DNA of 64,000 nucleotides. Origin: Octopus sinensis (taxonomy: Eukaryota). The stretch is taken from contig NC_043001.1 in the NCBI RefSeq assembly GCF_006345805.1, positions 30,752,001-30,816,000 of the forward strand. Direction: 5' to 3'. This document shows positions 26,869-40,882 of this stretch, one piece after another. The first letter of the stretch is position 1; every line of letters begins with the position of its first letter. The notes beneath the pieces are model-generated. The model saw only the letters and a program-made list of their open reading frames with translations. It did no database searches and had not been told where the DNA came from. The position numbers and the translations under genes are program-made.

Positions 26869-29010
26869 CACACACACACACACACACACATGCACAGTAG
26901 GCTTCTTACAGTCTCTGTCTACCAGATCCTCTCACAGGGCTTCAGTTGTCCCAATGCTCTAGTTGAAGATACTTGCTCAAGATGTTGTGCAGTGAAATTG
27001 AACCTGAGACCACATGGTTGGGAAGCAAATGTCTTAACCACACATCCACGCCTGCACATGTCTGAGCATATTTTTTGATCAAAGGTATTCTAATCATGGT
27101 AATCCTATCTTTTACTCAGACTTAATTATATTTAATGTACTTGAAAGAGTTTTAGCAGCACTTTCTAGCAAGGCAAGCAGCTGCATGGTGGCTGTCTCAT
27201 TAGTTTGTTCCCTGCTAGTTGATGAAAGTTGCAGAAATAAACTTTTAAAGACAGGCTAATTATCAGGGTTTCCTATCTCCCACAACCTCTTTCTCTATAA
27301 AATATTTGTAAAATATTTACTTTATTCAAGATTAATCTATCGAGAACATTGCCAGTACTTATGTGATATTTGAAAAATAAAAGCAAAAAAAAAAAAAAGG
27401 AAATTTCTGGTGTCTGTGATAACCATATGTTTCTACCATGGCTCCTGAGCCAATGAGAGATGTCCTACTTGGTCACTTATCCTGCTTGAGACAATAACCA
27501 AATCTCCCTCAAATTACACCTTACTGTCTTGAGAAAATGGAAGCTCACATTGGATAATGCATTCCTAGATTTCCTTAGACCATCTTGTCTAACCATTTAA
27601 TTAAACTATAATAGCCTGCATTTGTAAGAGTAATCCAATTTCATCATCATCATCGTATAGCATCCGCTTTCCATGATAGCATGGATTGGACGGTTCAACT
27701 GGGGTCTGAGAAGCCAGAAGGCTGCACCAAGCCCAGTCTGATCTGGCAATGTTTCTATGGCTGGATGCCCTTCCTAACGCCAACCACTCCGTGAGTGTAG
27801 TGGGTGCTTTTTACGTGCCACCAGCACATGTGCCAGACGAGGCTGGCAGACGGCCACGATCGGATGGTGCTTTTTACCTGCCATGTATAATATAAAGTAA
27901 AGAATGTTGTTGGAGTGGTAGCGATGATGGTGATGGTATTTAGCCCTAACCAGGAAGACCTATGATCAAAAGTAGTCTAGCCATGACCAGCTTGTCTCTT
28001 TAGTCTTTTATTTGTTTCAGTCATTTGACTGCAGCCATACTGGAGCACCGCCTTTTAGTCAAAGAAATCAGCTATGTACATGATAGGTCTGCATGATCAG
28101 AGTTGACCTGGGGTCACTTAGCATTAACGACATCGTTAACTACAAGGCTAGACAGACATTCTGTCAGAGGTACATTACTGGAAGTAAGAGTGCAGCTTTT
28201 GTTGTTGGGGATTTTTAACTGTTTGTTATGTTGACATAATAAATACTGGCAATAAACTTTGATAGATAACGATATATGACTAGACGGAAATGAAATGCTG
28301 TATCTCTAAGCAAAAGCTGCTTATCTAGGGGAAACTAAAACTAAAGTAAAACAGAGTAAAAATAAAAAAAAAAAAAACTGACCCCCTCTCTAAAAAAAAA
28401 CAAAACAAGGGAAAGAAATACACTCTGCATTTATATTTGACAGAATCATCGTGATAATTGCAGCAATTTTCGGGGTTGATCTTTCATTTCTGACATAGGT
28501 TAGGGGGGTCAACTTCAATGTTTTATTATTTTTTTTAAGATCTCACTCAAATTAGGTATCTTTAGTAGTAGTAAAAACAGAAAATTAGGTTCGTCAATGT
28601 GCTGTGAGAAGAAATATATCTGTCAAATATAAAAAGTAAAGAAAGGTTCATTTTAGTCTGAAATTATTTTTTTGTGCTTTTCAGGAGAGCAACAAATCTA
28701 AATCTTTACAAGTCATCGAGGTAGCCCCCAATTGACAAATTGACTTGCTAGAAATAAGAGTCAAATCTTCCTTAAGTCATACACTATCATCTTTTAAAAA
28801 AGGAGACAGTCATGTTGGACAACCTAATCTTACAGGTGTGGCCGTGTGGTAAGAAGCTTGCTTCCCAATTACATGGTTCTGGGTTCAGTCCCACTGTATA
28901 GCACCTTGAGCAAGTGTCTTCTACTTTAGCCTCAGGTTGACCAAAGCCTTGTGAGTGGGTTTGATAGGTGGTAACTGAAAAGAAGCTCATTATATATATA
29001 TATATATATA

Positions 29011-29660
29011 CCGTGAACCCGTGGAAGAGGTAGACCCAGGAAAACCTGGGACGAGGTGGTGAAGCACGACCTTCGAACTTTAGGCCTCACTGAGGAAATG
29101 ACCAGCGACCAAGACCTTTGGAAATATGCTGTACGTGAGAAGACCAGGCAGGACAAGTGAGCCCAGCCCACTTATGCATGCCTTTCCTCCCTTGGACACA
29201 AAGACCTGTTGAGGCAAGCGAAGTCGATATAGAACCTCATCCGACGACAGGCACCCATGCCAACCCCCTTTGCTTGCGAAGACACGTCGGGGCAAGCGAA
29301 ATCGAAATCGAATTGAACCAGCCAGGATCCCTGGTCTGGTGGTACGTAAAAAAGCACTATCCGACTCGTGGCTGATGCCAGCGCCGCCTCGACTGGCTTC
29401 CGTGCCGGTGGCACGTAAAATACACCAATCTGACCGTGGCTGTTGCCAGCCTCGCCAGGCACCTGTGCAGGTGGCACGTAAAAAGCACCCACTACACTCA
29501 CGGAGTGGTTGGCGTTAGGAAGGGCATCCAGCTGTAGAAACATTGCCAGATAAGACTGGAGCCTGGTGCAGCCATCTGGCTTCCCAGATCCCCAGTCGAA
29601 CCGTCCAACCCATGCTAGCATGGAGAACGGACGTTAAACGATGATGATGATGATGATGAT
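29011..29660 (+). mobile_element. RTE LINE 3' end (ORF2 C-terminus, long sub-repeated 3' UTR, (GAT)n tail)
   Basis: 29020-29160 encodes RGRGRPRKTWDEVVKHDLRTLGLTEEMTSDQDLWKYAVREKTRQDK*. The UTR has repeated ggtggcacgtaaaa units and ends ggacgttaaac(gat)n. Confidence 0.85.
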
Positions 29661-30261
29661 ACATGTATATGTGTGTGTGTGTATATGTGTGTGTGTCTGT
29701 GTTTGTCCCCACCACCATCAGTTGACAATAAGTACAAGGCTTACAAAGAATACATCCTGGAGTTGATTTCTTTGACTTAAAAGGTGGTGCTCCAGTATGG
29801 CTGCAGTCAAATGACTGAAACAAATAAAAGACTAAAGAGACAAGCTGGTCATGGCTAGACTACTTTTGATCATAGGTCTTCCTGGTTAGGGCTAAATACC
29901 ATCACCATCATCACTACCACCAACAACAACATTCTTTACTTTATATTGAACTACTCTTACAAATGCAGACCATTATAGTTTAAAGTATCTGATTATATTT
30001 AAGTCATTCTTTTTATCCATGAGTTTTTTGTTACCTTTTTTCCCCATCCTAATTATATCTCTGTCACCCATGCGTATCCTATCTTATTCTCAGTATACCT
30101 TGATATGATGTCTCTAAGATATTATCTCAAGTGCTGGTATATCATTGGGGTTTTCTCTTATTTCAATTATCGACTATCTTTTAACCTCCTCACAGGTAAT
30201 GGGATACCATTCCAGTTTAGAATTGAGGTTTTACCTACTAAATTGTTTGAGTACCACTACT

Positions 30262-30314
<53 letters not shown>

Positions 30315-31298
30315 CCACCACCACCACCACCACCTTCTTCTTCTTCTCCTTCTTCTTCTTCTTCTTCTTCTTGAGCTAATCCCTGCTAATTAAATTAGCA
30401 GGGATTTTATCTTGAGGTTTGGTGACAACAAGTCTCCTCAAATCTAAAGTCTCTTTCTTAGGATTCTTTCAGAATACAGGATTGCACTTTTTTTGCAGCC
30501 CTTCAGAAATTGAGCCTCCTTATGATACTCCTTGAGAGTTCTTGGTATGAAATTCATTGTCATTGCTCTGATTTGGTTGTCAATACCATGTATTTAGTTT
30601 AAAATGCAGTAAAAATAGGGGGGGCAGTGGGACCCCAATTAGACAGCCCTTAAAAACAATTCACCCCCTTAAAACATTCCCTGGGATTAGGGGAGTTGCT
30701 GGTTTGCATTTCGTTGTCCTTGCACTCACAGTCTGGGAGGAATTAACGAACATAAAAACGTAACGGACAGAGAAACATCACTTAAATTCATATTAAGATT
30801 ATGGCAATGACCTTAAGGTGGAGAGCTAGCAGAATTGTTAGCACGCCAAGTGAAATGCTTAGCGGTATTTTGTCTGTTATTACATTTTGAGTTCAAATTC
30901 TGCTGAGGTCGACTTTGTCGTTCATCCTTTTGAGGTTGATAACTTAAGAACTAGTGAAACACTGGGGTTGATGTAATCGACTATCTCCCTCCACCAAATT
31001 TCTGGCCTTGTGCTTTTAGAAGAAAGGATCATTATGGCAATAAATTGACAGAATTATTAGAGCATCGTGAAAAATGCTTAGCAGCATCATGTTGTGTGTT
31101 CAAATTTCACCAAGGTCAGCTTGACCTTTCATCCTTTTTGGGTTGATGAAATAAGTACCAGTTGAGTACTGGGGTTGATGTAGTCGACTGTCCTCCTCCC
31201 CCTCAAATTTCAGGCCTTGTGCCTATAGTAAAAAGGATTATTATTATTATTAACCACTACGCCATATGCCATTATAACCACTATGGCCATATGCTCAT

Positions 31299-31609
31299 GG
31301 GCATATGGCGTAGTGGTTAAGAGCACGGGCTACTAACCCCAAGGTTCCGAGTTTGATTTCAAGCAGTGACCTGAACAACAACAATAATAATAGCAGTGAC
31401 CTGAACAATAACAATAATAATAATAATAATAATAATAACATCGAAAAATACTTTAGGAATGAGAACCCAGGTTTGAAATTTTCCCAAGACACCTGAAGAA
31501 GGCTGGAGGGTATATCAGCCAAGATGTCGTGTTAACAACAAACAAGATAAGGACAAATATCCGTCGAAAATAATGTATGTAATTCTTCATCTCTTAAATA
31601 TAGAACTGT
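31299..31609 (+). mobile_element. tRNA-headed SINE-like element with an (AAT)n spacer and a degenerate hammerhead-like 3' module
   Basis: A-box-like TGGCGTAGTGG at 31306 and a B-box-like segment near 31343-31360. At 31488-31533 it reads gacac-CTGAAGA-a-ggctg...cagcc-AAGA-TGTC-gtgtt. Preceded by a 21-bp inverted copy of its 5' end. Confidence 0.6.
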
Positions 31610-34573
31610 GTTATTATTATTGTTGCCTTTTATCCTTTCGGGGGTTGATGAAGTACTGGGGTCAGTGTAATCAACTAACCCCCTCCCCCTAAAATTGTTG
31701 GCCTTATATGCAACAATTTGAAACAATTATGATTATTTCATATACGCACAACAGCTTAGACTATTGTTAAAGAACAATTCCTATCATTGAACTACAAGTA
31801 ACCATAGATGACAAGAACCTTCCTAAGTATACTACTGTCCCTAATAATACTGTTTTCTGGAGCTGCACTACACTAGGTTTTATGCTGATTTCCTATTATT
31901 ATTATCATCATTAACACCATCCCATCATCAAAGACCAGACCTTTGAAGCCACTTGTATCTCGATCCTGGAAGTAATATGTTATTCCTTCTCTTCTTTAAC
32001 TAGGTCTCATATAAAAATTTTTCTCTTTTTTGCTTCTGAAATATACTCTTTTACTTGTTTCAGTCACTTGACTGCGGCCATGCTGGAGCACTGCCTTTAG
32101 TCAAGCAAATCGACCCCAGGACTTATTTTTTGTAAGCCTAGTACTTATTCTATCGGTCTCTTTTGCCGAACCACTAAGTTACGGGGACGTAAACACACCA
32201 GCATCGGTTGTCAAATGATGCTGGGAAGACAAACACAGACACACAAACGTATACACACACATACATATGTATACATATACATATATGCAATGGGGTTCTT
32301 TCAGTTTCCATCTACCAAATCCACTCACAAGGCTTTGGTCGGCCCTAGGCTATAGTAGAAGACACTTGCCCAAGTTGCTAAGCAGTAGGACTGAACCCGG
32401 AACCATGGGGTTGGTAAGCAAGCTACTTACCACACAGCCACTCCTACGCCTATTCAGTATGTACATTGAATTGAATGAAAACCACAAATTTGTGTATTTT
32501 CTTTTTTGATAACAGTATGAAGCAATTATTCAGCAATAACATAGTTGAGAAGAAATTTTTCTTTTTCCTGCACAAAGCTAACTTCAACCCTCTTCCTACT
32601 AGCTTTTCAAGATAAACTATGTTGCTGACACAGAGAATTTAGGATTTATGATAAGCACAGTTGATAAATATTTATGATATGTAAACAACTTCAAGGCACT
32701 TCATGGGTTTCATGTTATCCATTTGAATTTTCCTTTCCTTCATTTATTATAAACAGATATGCATATATGATAGAGTTAAAGCTCTTATATTATTTGGCTG
32801 TCAGAAAGAAAAATAAGGTCATGTTGATAAAACTAGTGATATAAATAGTATATCTCTTAACTGTTAGACTCTTTTGCTGGGAGCCATTAAAGACTTTGGT
32901 CTCATGCAGTGAATCTAGAGCAATTCTATGGGTTAAACCTGTGGAGGGATTTCAACTCTACATTGTAAGCTAATAAAACATTTTTGTATCTTGCAAATAC
33001 TAAGTGGTCTTGCTGTTTATGCTCTATCAACCCAAGTAGTTGTGGCATCCATGGGGACATCATCATCATCATCATCATCATCATCGTCATCATCGTTTAA
33101 CGTCCACTTTCTATGCTAGCATGGGTTGGACGTTTTGACTGAGGTCTGGTGAACCAGATGGCTGCACCAGACTCCAATCTGATCTGGCAGAGTTTCTACA
33201 GCTGGATCCCCTTCCTAACGCCAACCACTCCGAAAATGTAGTGGGTGCTTTTACATGCTACTGGTACGAGGGCCAGTCAGGCAGTACTGGCAATGGCCAT
33301 GCTCAAATGGTGCTTTTTATGTGCCACCTGCACAGGAGCCAGTCCAGCGGCACTGGCAACGACCTTGCTCGAATGTTTTTTCCCGTGCCACCAGCACAAG
33401 TGCTAGTAAGGCGATGCAGGTAATGGTTTTTAAAATGCTAAAATAGTTATGACATGAGGAAAATGAAAAAAAACAACAACAATTATCATAAAGATTTTCC
33501 TTTGCGTTAGGTACAAGAACAACTTTCAGAGAAGGAATTACAATCTATTGACTCAATCAATACTATATTGAAGTTTGTCTTTTAACCTTACCCCAACCGA
33601 CATGAGTAAAAGGAGGTATTTGAATGAAGCAGCATTTAGTAGCAAACTACACACTATAAAGTTTTTGTATCAGGCACAGGTGTGTCTGTGTGGTGATGAG
33701 TCTTCTCACTTACTGCTTTGTTTCAACCTCAGTTCCTCTGCATGGCACCTTGAGCAAGTATCTTCTACTATAGCTCAAGGACCTTGTAGATAGACACTGA
33801 AAGAAACTTGTGTGAGTGTGTGTGTATGCATGTGTGTGTGTGTATGTATATGTGTGTGTGTGCGTGCATGTGTTATAGTCTCCTTGTCTTGACATTGCAT
33901 AATAGTTGTAAACAAGTGCTGCCATTATCCAAACAGTGTCTTTCGTTTTCAGTCTCCCATGAAAGCATGTTTGGTCATGGAGAAACGTTACTTTACTTGG
34001 TGAGGGTTGGTGACAGGAAGAGCATTAGGGCATAGAAAATCCCCTCAACACATTCCATATAATCCCAAGAGAGCATGGGAAAGTGAACATTAAAAGAATG
34101 GTGATACTGTTGATGATATATAGGGATTTAGGAAATCTGGTTGAGCATCCTACTCAGCATTTCATGTGAAATCTTGGTTAACAAAATTTATGGAAATAAA
34201 ATCAGAAGAAAGTATTCACTTAATTCAAAAGACATTCCATTCAAGTTGTAAATTCAGGAAATGTACTGATTATATGGTTAGTACATTCATTGTAGTATAT
34301 AAAAGTAAACAAACAATGGAACAAAGGTGATGGTATTACATTCTTTAAACAGGGTCACTGATTAAAGAATGTAATATCTTCACTCCTTTGTTTACTAAAT
34401 ATGTGTATATATATATGTAATATAATATAAATAAAATATATACATATATATATATAATATAAATAATATATATATACATATATATATATAAACAATATAT
34501 ATATATATATATATGATATAAATAATATATATATATGCATATATACATACATATTTGTACATACATCTATATG

Positions 34574-34624
<51 letters not shown>

Positions 34625-35531
34625 GAAAAAAGTAGTACAGGAGTAGTTGAAAGCGCTAATATGAAGAAATAATGTGATATGTAAATAAATATGTATTTTT
34701 ACAACCATCCAGCATTCTGAACACCTTTTTTATTTCATATGTTTTAAATATGTACATCACCCCCCAATACTTCTAACATATATATATATATATATATACA
34801 TGCATATGTGGGCATGGGATGTCATGAAACGTGTACAACAAAAAATACGAAGTATGAGTACATAGAATATAAACTATTTTTTCGAGCAACGAAAGACACA
34901 AAGGGAAAACAAGACAAATGACATAAAGAACAACCCATCATCAGTTGTTGGTTGTTTTCTACTCTCGTATTTCGAGCATTTAACAACAATATACACTTTT
35001 GATAAAACAGTTGCTCCTGCTAAGCAAATTAAATATAATTTGGGATTTTGCAGAGGGTCAGAATTGGTAACACAAATAGGACAGTGAAAACAAACAGCAA
35101 GGGCTGCTAAGCCTAAACGAGGTTGTGGTGGTGGATGTGTAAATCAAGCTTGGACAGGAGACAGACAAGAACACGTCTTCCTTGTTCCAGCTGTGATGGA
35201 GGGAAAGAAACACAAGTTAGGAGAAGAAAGAAAGATAGCCGATGGTCATGTGGGAGCTACGTGAGCAAGGGAGGAGGAGTGAGGGAGGGAGAGTGACAGA
35301 GTAATAGGATAAAATAGTAGTTTCAAATTTTGGCCTAGGGCCTGCAGTTTTAGAGTGGTGGTGTGGGGGATTGTTGATTACATTGATATGCAATACTTGA
35401 TTGATACTTATTTTATCAACCCCTTAAAAATGAAAGGTAAAAATTAAGCTTGGCAGAATTTGAACTTGAAACATATAGACTGATAAAATGTCACTAAGCA
35501 TTTTGTCCAGCATGCTAATAATTCTGCCATC

Positions 35532-35568
<37 letters not shown>

Positions 35569-37557
35569 TGATGATGATGATGATTTCTTTATTAGCCATA
35601 AAAGTTTAAAGGCATACAGAAAAAGAAATACAAACAGATAATGGCAAGGGTGATAGACATTATATAATATGATGAATTAAAAATATATATGCAAAAATAT
35701 ATATGGAAATAAATAAAAAAAAGTATGCTAAAACACACAAAAATTAAAACGAGATATCTACATAAACATTTTAAATCAAGGTGTTGGAGATTCTAAAGAC
35801 TTCAGTGAGGTGTTCTTGTGTTATAATAGGGAAATGAGGTGGCCATATCTAATGGATCATTGAAATATAGTGCTTTGTAAAATCTGTCTGGAATTTTAAT
35901 TAATATTCTGTTGTTTTTATGCTGTTTAAACTGTGATCTTATTTCATTCTTGATCCATATTTACCTGTATCATATGCAGGTTAATTTCATGAAAAATGCA
36001 CCTCTGTGAAATATTGTACCTCTTCATAAGACATTTAGAGTTCAGTATTTATTTCTTTATTGCCCACAAGGGGCTAAACATAGAGGGGACAAACAAGGAC
36101 AGACAAACGGATTAAGTCGATTACATTGACTCCAGTGTGTAACTGGTACTTATTTAATCGACCCTGAAAGGATGAAAAGCAAAGTCGACCTCGGCGGAAT
36201 TTGAACCTAGAACATAGCAGCAGACGAAATACTGCTAAGCATTTCACCTGGTGTGCTAACGATTCTGCCAGCTCGCCGCCTTTAGAGTTCAGTATTTGTC
36301 AAGAGTGTAATGTAGGTGTTGAAGGAAAGGTTGTTGACTCTGCAACTGATTGGAGGAAACCCTATTAATGCCTCATAGTTGAAACAGTAAATGAATATTT
36401 TACACTATTGTATATCCTGTTTAACCCCTGCTAGCATGGAAAAAACAGATGTTAAACAAGCATTTCTTTTCAGCTGTTGCAAGTTGCCCTTATAATTAAT
36501 TGGGTCAGTGGGTTAGTTGAATCTAATTAAATTAATCACTTACTTAATACGTTAAGCATAGCATATTGTCTAGTGACTAGCTGATATTTTGTTTATAAAT
36601 CTTGGTGGCTGGAAAGTCTAAGTTGACCTTGGCTAAATATGAAATTTAGAATAATTAATTTCTGAACAAATTCATACTTTCTATCTTGACTGAAATTCAA
36701 TCATAAAAAATCTCCATCATATTGAGTTAAAGGGAGCATTATTATCCACAGGGAACCAATATTTTTTGGCTTCAACTTAGTTAAAGGAAATTCAAATCGC
36801 ATTTTATAATATCAAGTTATTAATATTGCAGTAAACTCTTATTTAGATTTAGTTTTTAGATTAAAAAATTAAATGTACCATTTATATACTTTGTTATCAA
36901 CTTCATTGTTTACTTATGTATAAGTTGCAATTTGTTTGCACACAACTTCAATTTATAAAATAGTTGGAGTGTGACTTGTGCTCAAGGCTAAGAAATCTTG
37001 AAGAAATGTTATTATTGCAACCACTACAAGAAGTGTAAATGCATATTGAATAACGATAAAGCCATCTTGAATAAATAACAAAGGCATCTTAATGTATAAA
37101 AATTAAGTTATTCTAAGTCTGGTCTTCTGGACTTGTCAACTGGGTTTAAACGTATTAGAGAAGAAGTCTGTGGCCAGACTGACACAGTGGAGTATTTAGA
37201 TGAGGAGAGAATGGTGATGAGTCAAATAAAGTTAGTTGACAAAAGTTAAGAGGTGGAAGAGAGTGACAATAAATTTTCAAAGGAACTTGTGGAGAAATAA
37301 GGAAACATGAAGGGAGTGAAAATTAAGAGACAAAACAAAGAAATATAAAAAAGAAAAGGTTTTTATGAGGTCTTGTCTGTCAGGTTATACACATATTAAA
37401 TAGATAGGTATAAAAAGGTAAAGTTTTACCCCTTGTCAAATGTCATCACCCTGGTTATTACTGGGGGAAAGCGAAATGTTAATTGTATATTTCTGCTTTC
37501 AAACTTAAAATTGTGTAATTATCAAAAGTTTGTTGAGAAGTAGTTTTCTGTATCAGA

Positions 37558-37647
37558 GAAAATTGTGAGAGATTTGAGTAAAAAGAAGAAAATTGTGAGA
37601 GATTTGAGTAAAAAGAAGAAAATTGTGAGAGATTTGAGTAAAAAGAA
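37558..37647. repeat. Perfect 30-bp tandem triplication
   Basis: gaaaattgtgagagatttgagtaaaaagaa occurs three times. Confidence 0.95.
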
Positions 37648-40600
37648 GCATTACTAGAAATGCTTAAGATAAAAATGGGTGCAGAAAGGGAAATAGGCTG
37701 TATATTCAGAGATGAATAAAGAATTGTTAGACAAGGTCACTGACTGGGGGAGTAGTGATTACATTGTAATTATGCTACTAATGTGGTTGCGGATTACCAA
37801 GATGTCAATGTAACCTACCATTTAAAGCCTGTTTCATGATGAGGATTAGCCAGTCTATGACAGAAAACCAAAGATATCAAAGAAACTACCACATGGCTTA
37901 GAAGATAAGACAAATATATTTTACATCATTTTGAAGCAAAAGAGGCAGCATGATTTGTCATTCAACTTGGGTTGATTGGAAATATTGAAGCTCATGCTTT
38001 TTGATCTCTGTGGAAACTAAACATTTAGCCTCAAGTTTATTTATGTGAGAACCACAGGACATGAAAGGACTCATTTTACTCTGGTACTTGTGAGTTTGGT
38101 AAATGAGACTGTGTTTAAGCCAACAGTGATACAAGATGAAAGATTGCCAAAGGAAGAAGAAGTACCACATAGAGCTTTGGCTTGCTGTCATTGCTAAATA
38201 AAGGATTATATTGTGATTAAACCAAGATTAATAAGAGTAAGAAACTGGAGACCTGACATTTCTCAAGAAGAAATTTCCCATACTTTGAGAACAGTTCTAT
38301 GCATTCTTGATAAGAAAAGTGAAAGAGAGAAAGGTCGACCACTGAACATAGCTGAAGCTATGATGCCAGCTAGACTCTCGTCTTTTCTACAAACTTTTGA
38401 TGTGATGCTGAATAAGCTATTGAGAGATAGGTTTCAATCTTGATAACCTGAGGTATTCACAGCAGAAGGAACTGACCAAAGGTGGCAATGGTAAGAAGTG
38501 AAGTTTGTCTCTTGTATCATGAGTAAAGAATGCATGGAATGATATTCCGGCCAGTATAGTGATGAGTTTCCTGAAAATGATTTCCAAGATGGTCAAGAAC
38601 AGGAAGATGTAATAGGAAGTACCATGCAGGATGCAGATGAAAAGTTGACATAACTGGAATGGGAGGACTTTTATTGATATCTGTGATAATGAAGAATGTT
38701 ATACTGATGGCTTTTAAACTGATTTTAAGTTTCTAGATTTTTGTGAATTAATAATCTTTTAAATGTACTTTACTGATTTCTATTTAATTTTGTTTAATGG
38801 CTTCTTTGATATTCCAATATTCCATAATAATTTTAGTAATTCATTTTGTTCATAAATGTTCTCAACATGGCAACTCAATGAATTATCACACTTCGCTAGT
38901 AAAAATATTCATGTTGCATAATTTGAAAAGTTCCATTTGTTCTCACCTTTCATGTTGATTTTGATTTTAAGAGCTTTATACCAACTGTTCCATGACAAAT
39001 TTGGAATGCAACATATGTACAAGTAAATATGTACTATGTTTGATGGTGTATAAAATGTTTTTTTTTTTTTTAAAGAAATGTCTCAAAAAAATCAACTTGG
39101 GTTCTGTATGTGAAAGCTGGACCTCCCACAAGCTTTAATGTTCTAAAATCTTTTTGAATGAATATTTGCTGCTGTAATTAGGGTTGCATCTTTATGCCAT
39201 CAAATAAATATGCATTTCTCTGTACAAAAAAAAAATAAAAATAAAGCCTTGTGCATATGAAAAATTAAAATCCCTTTTCAGTTATTTTTTTATTTTCTTA
39301 GTCATTATTTTAAGGAGAAAATAGTACTAAACTGTAAGTTTTAGAAAATATGATTTTTAAAACTGTAAAGAATTAGAATTATTTTAATAAATTTAATATA
39401 AGTTTGTATGTGAATGAGAAGTGAATTTTGACATTTTAAATTCACAAATGATTTTATTTTATTTCATTTTTCTTTTGTTTTATTTTGATGATGCAGATTA
39501 TTGCTAGTTTTCTTGGTTTCTAGATTTTTTCTTAAAATAATTTTAGCTTCTGATGTAAACACATTAAGCTTCATATATAAGTTATTCTATAATTGAATTC
39601 CTCATTCGCGATTTTCCTTGCGGTGTCCAATGTTTTTATATCTGCATAGTTTTTGAAGTGGTATTAATTTCACAATTTTGTTTCAGTTGAAGAAAGCAAT
39701 TGCTAAATAGGAACACTAAAGTTTATAGAAAAACAGTAACAGTTTCAAAAATAAACACTATTACTAATAGGAGTCATGTAACTAAATACCAATTACATAG
39801 TACAACAATGCAATATGGTTTTCTATTTCATTAACAATGGCTCCCAAATTTGTGTACATGTGCATGTGTGTGTGTGTGTTCTTTGAGTATGTGTTTGTAT
39901 TGTGTGTGTTGTGTGAATATGTGTACGTGTTATTTTTTTGCATTGTGTATGTGTTGTTTGTAGAAAATATTGTGTGAAACAGTGGCTGATTTTTTTTTAA
40001 GGACCCTATTCAGTTTAATAGATTATTATGTTTCACTTAAGTTTAGTGTAGTTTGATGGGTCCAGGAACATTTGCTGAAAACACTTTTGTCAAGAATACA
40101 ATGGTCAAAAGCTTATTAGCTGAAAGATACATTAATCAAAGACTTATTCATAGAAAAAGTAAATTGGATGAAAGACTAGAAATGAATTAGTCGAAAAATG
40201 AAATGGTACTCTTTGAAATTTAGATGTTAAAAAAAAAAAATCCTCCAAATTATAGAAAAATAATGTAATAATTAATAAGTGATATATTTTCTTGTGTCAA
40301 AAGTAAGTCAGAGTTCAAAATAAACAAGAAATGCATACAAGTGAAAATATACATCATCATCATCATACATCAGTTTTCCATGCATTGAACAGTTTGACAG
40401 GAGCTGGCAAGCGAGAGGGCTACATCAGGCTCTAGCCATCTGTTCTGGTGTGGATGCCCTTCCTAATGCTAACCACTTTACAGAGTTTCACTGCGTGATT
40501 TTTATATGGTGCTGGCACAGGTACTTTTTATGTGGCACTGGTATGGGTGATTTTTACATGGCACCAGCATGGTTGCTTTTAGTGGCACCAGTACTGGTAC

Positions 40601-40792
40601 TTCTTTATGTGGTGCTGGCATGGTTGCCTTTTACATGGTGCTGGTACGGGTGCTTTTTTTACAAGGTTTTAGCATGGGTGCTCATTATGTGGCACTGGCA
40701 CAAGTAGTTTCTGTGTGGCACTGGCATGGGTACTTTTTATGTGGTGCCATCATGGGTGTTTTTTATGTGGTGCCATCACAGGAGCTTTTTAT

Positions 40793-40882
40793 GAGGCACA
40801 AGTACCCACAGAGGCACCAAGTACCCACAGAGGCACCAAGTACCCACAGAGGCACCAAGTACCCACAGAGGCACCAAGTACC
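40793..40882. repeat. Perfect 19-bp minisatellite (aagtacccacagaggcacc), about 4.7 copies
   Basis: Read directly from the sequence. Confidence 0.95.

Noticed and set aside
34800-35300. Additional hammerhead in a possible PLE-like repeat (minus-strand CTGATGA near 34955)
   Set aside because: No pairable stem II followed by GAAA and a cleavage triplet could be built.
37900-38640. Nested gene in the long intron (ORFs 37958-38191, 38213-38443)
   Set aside because: No splice-consistent model; weak resemblance to a decayed CR1 C-terminus (RVKNAWNDIP) instead.
40793-40882. CRISPR-like array
   Set aside because: The repeats are directly adjacent with no spacers, there are no cas genes, and the context is a eukaryotic intron.
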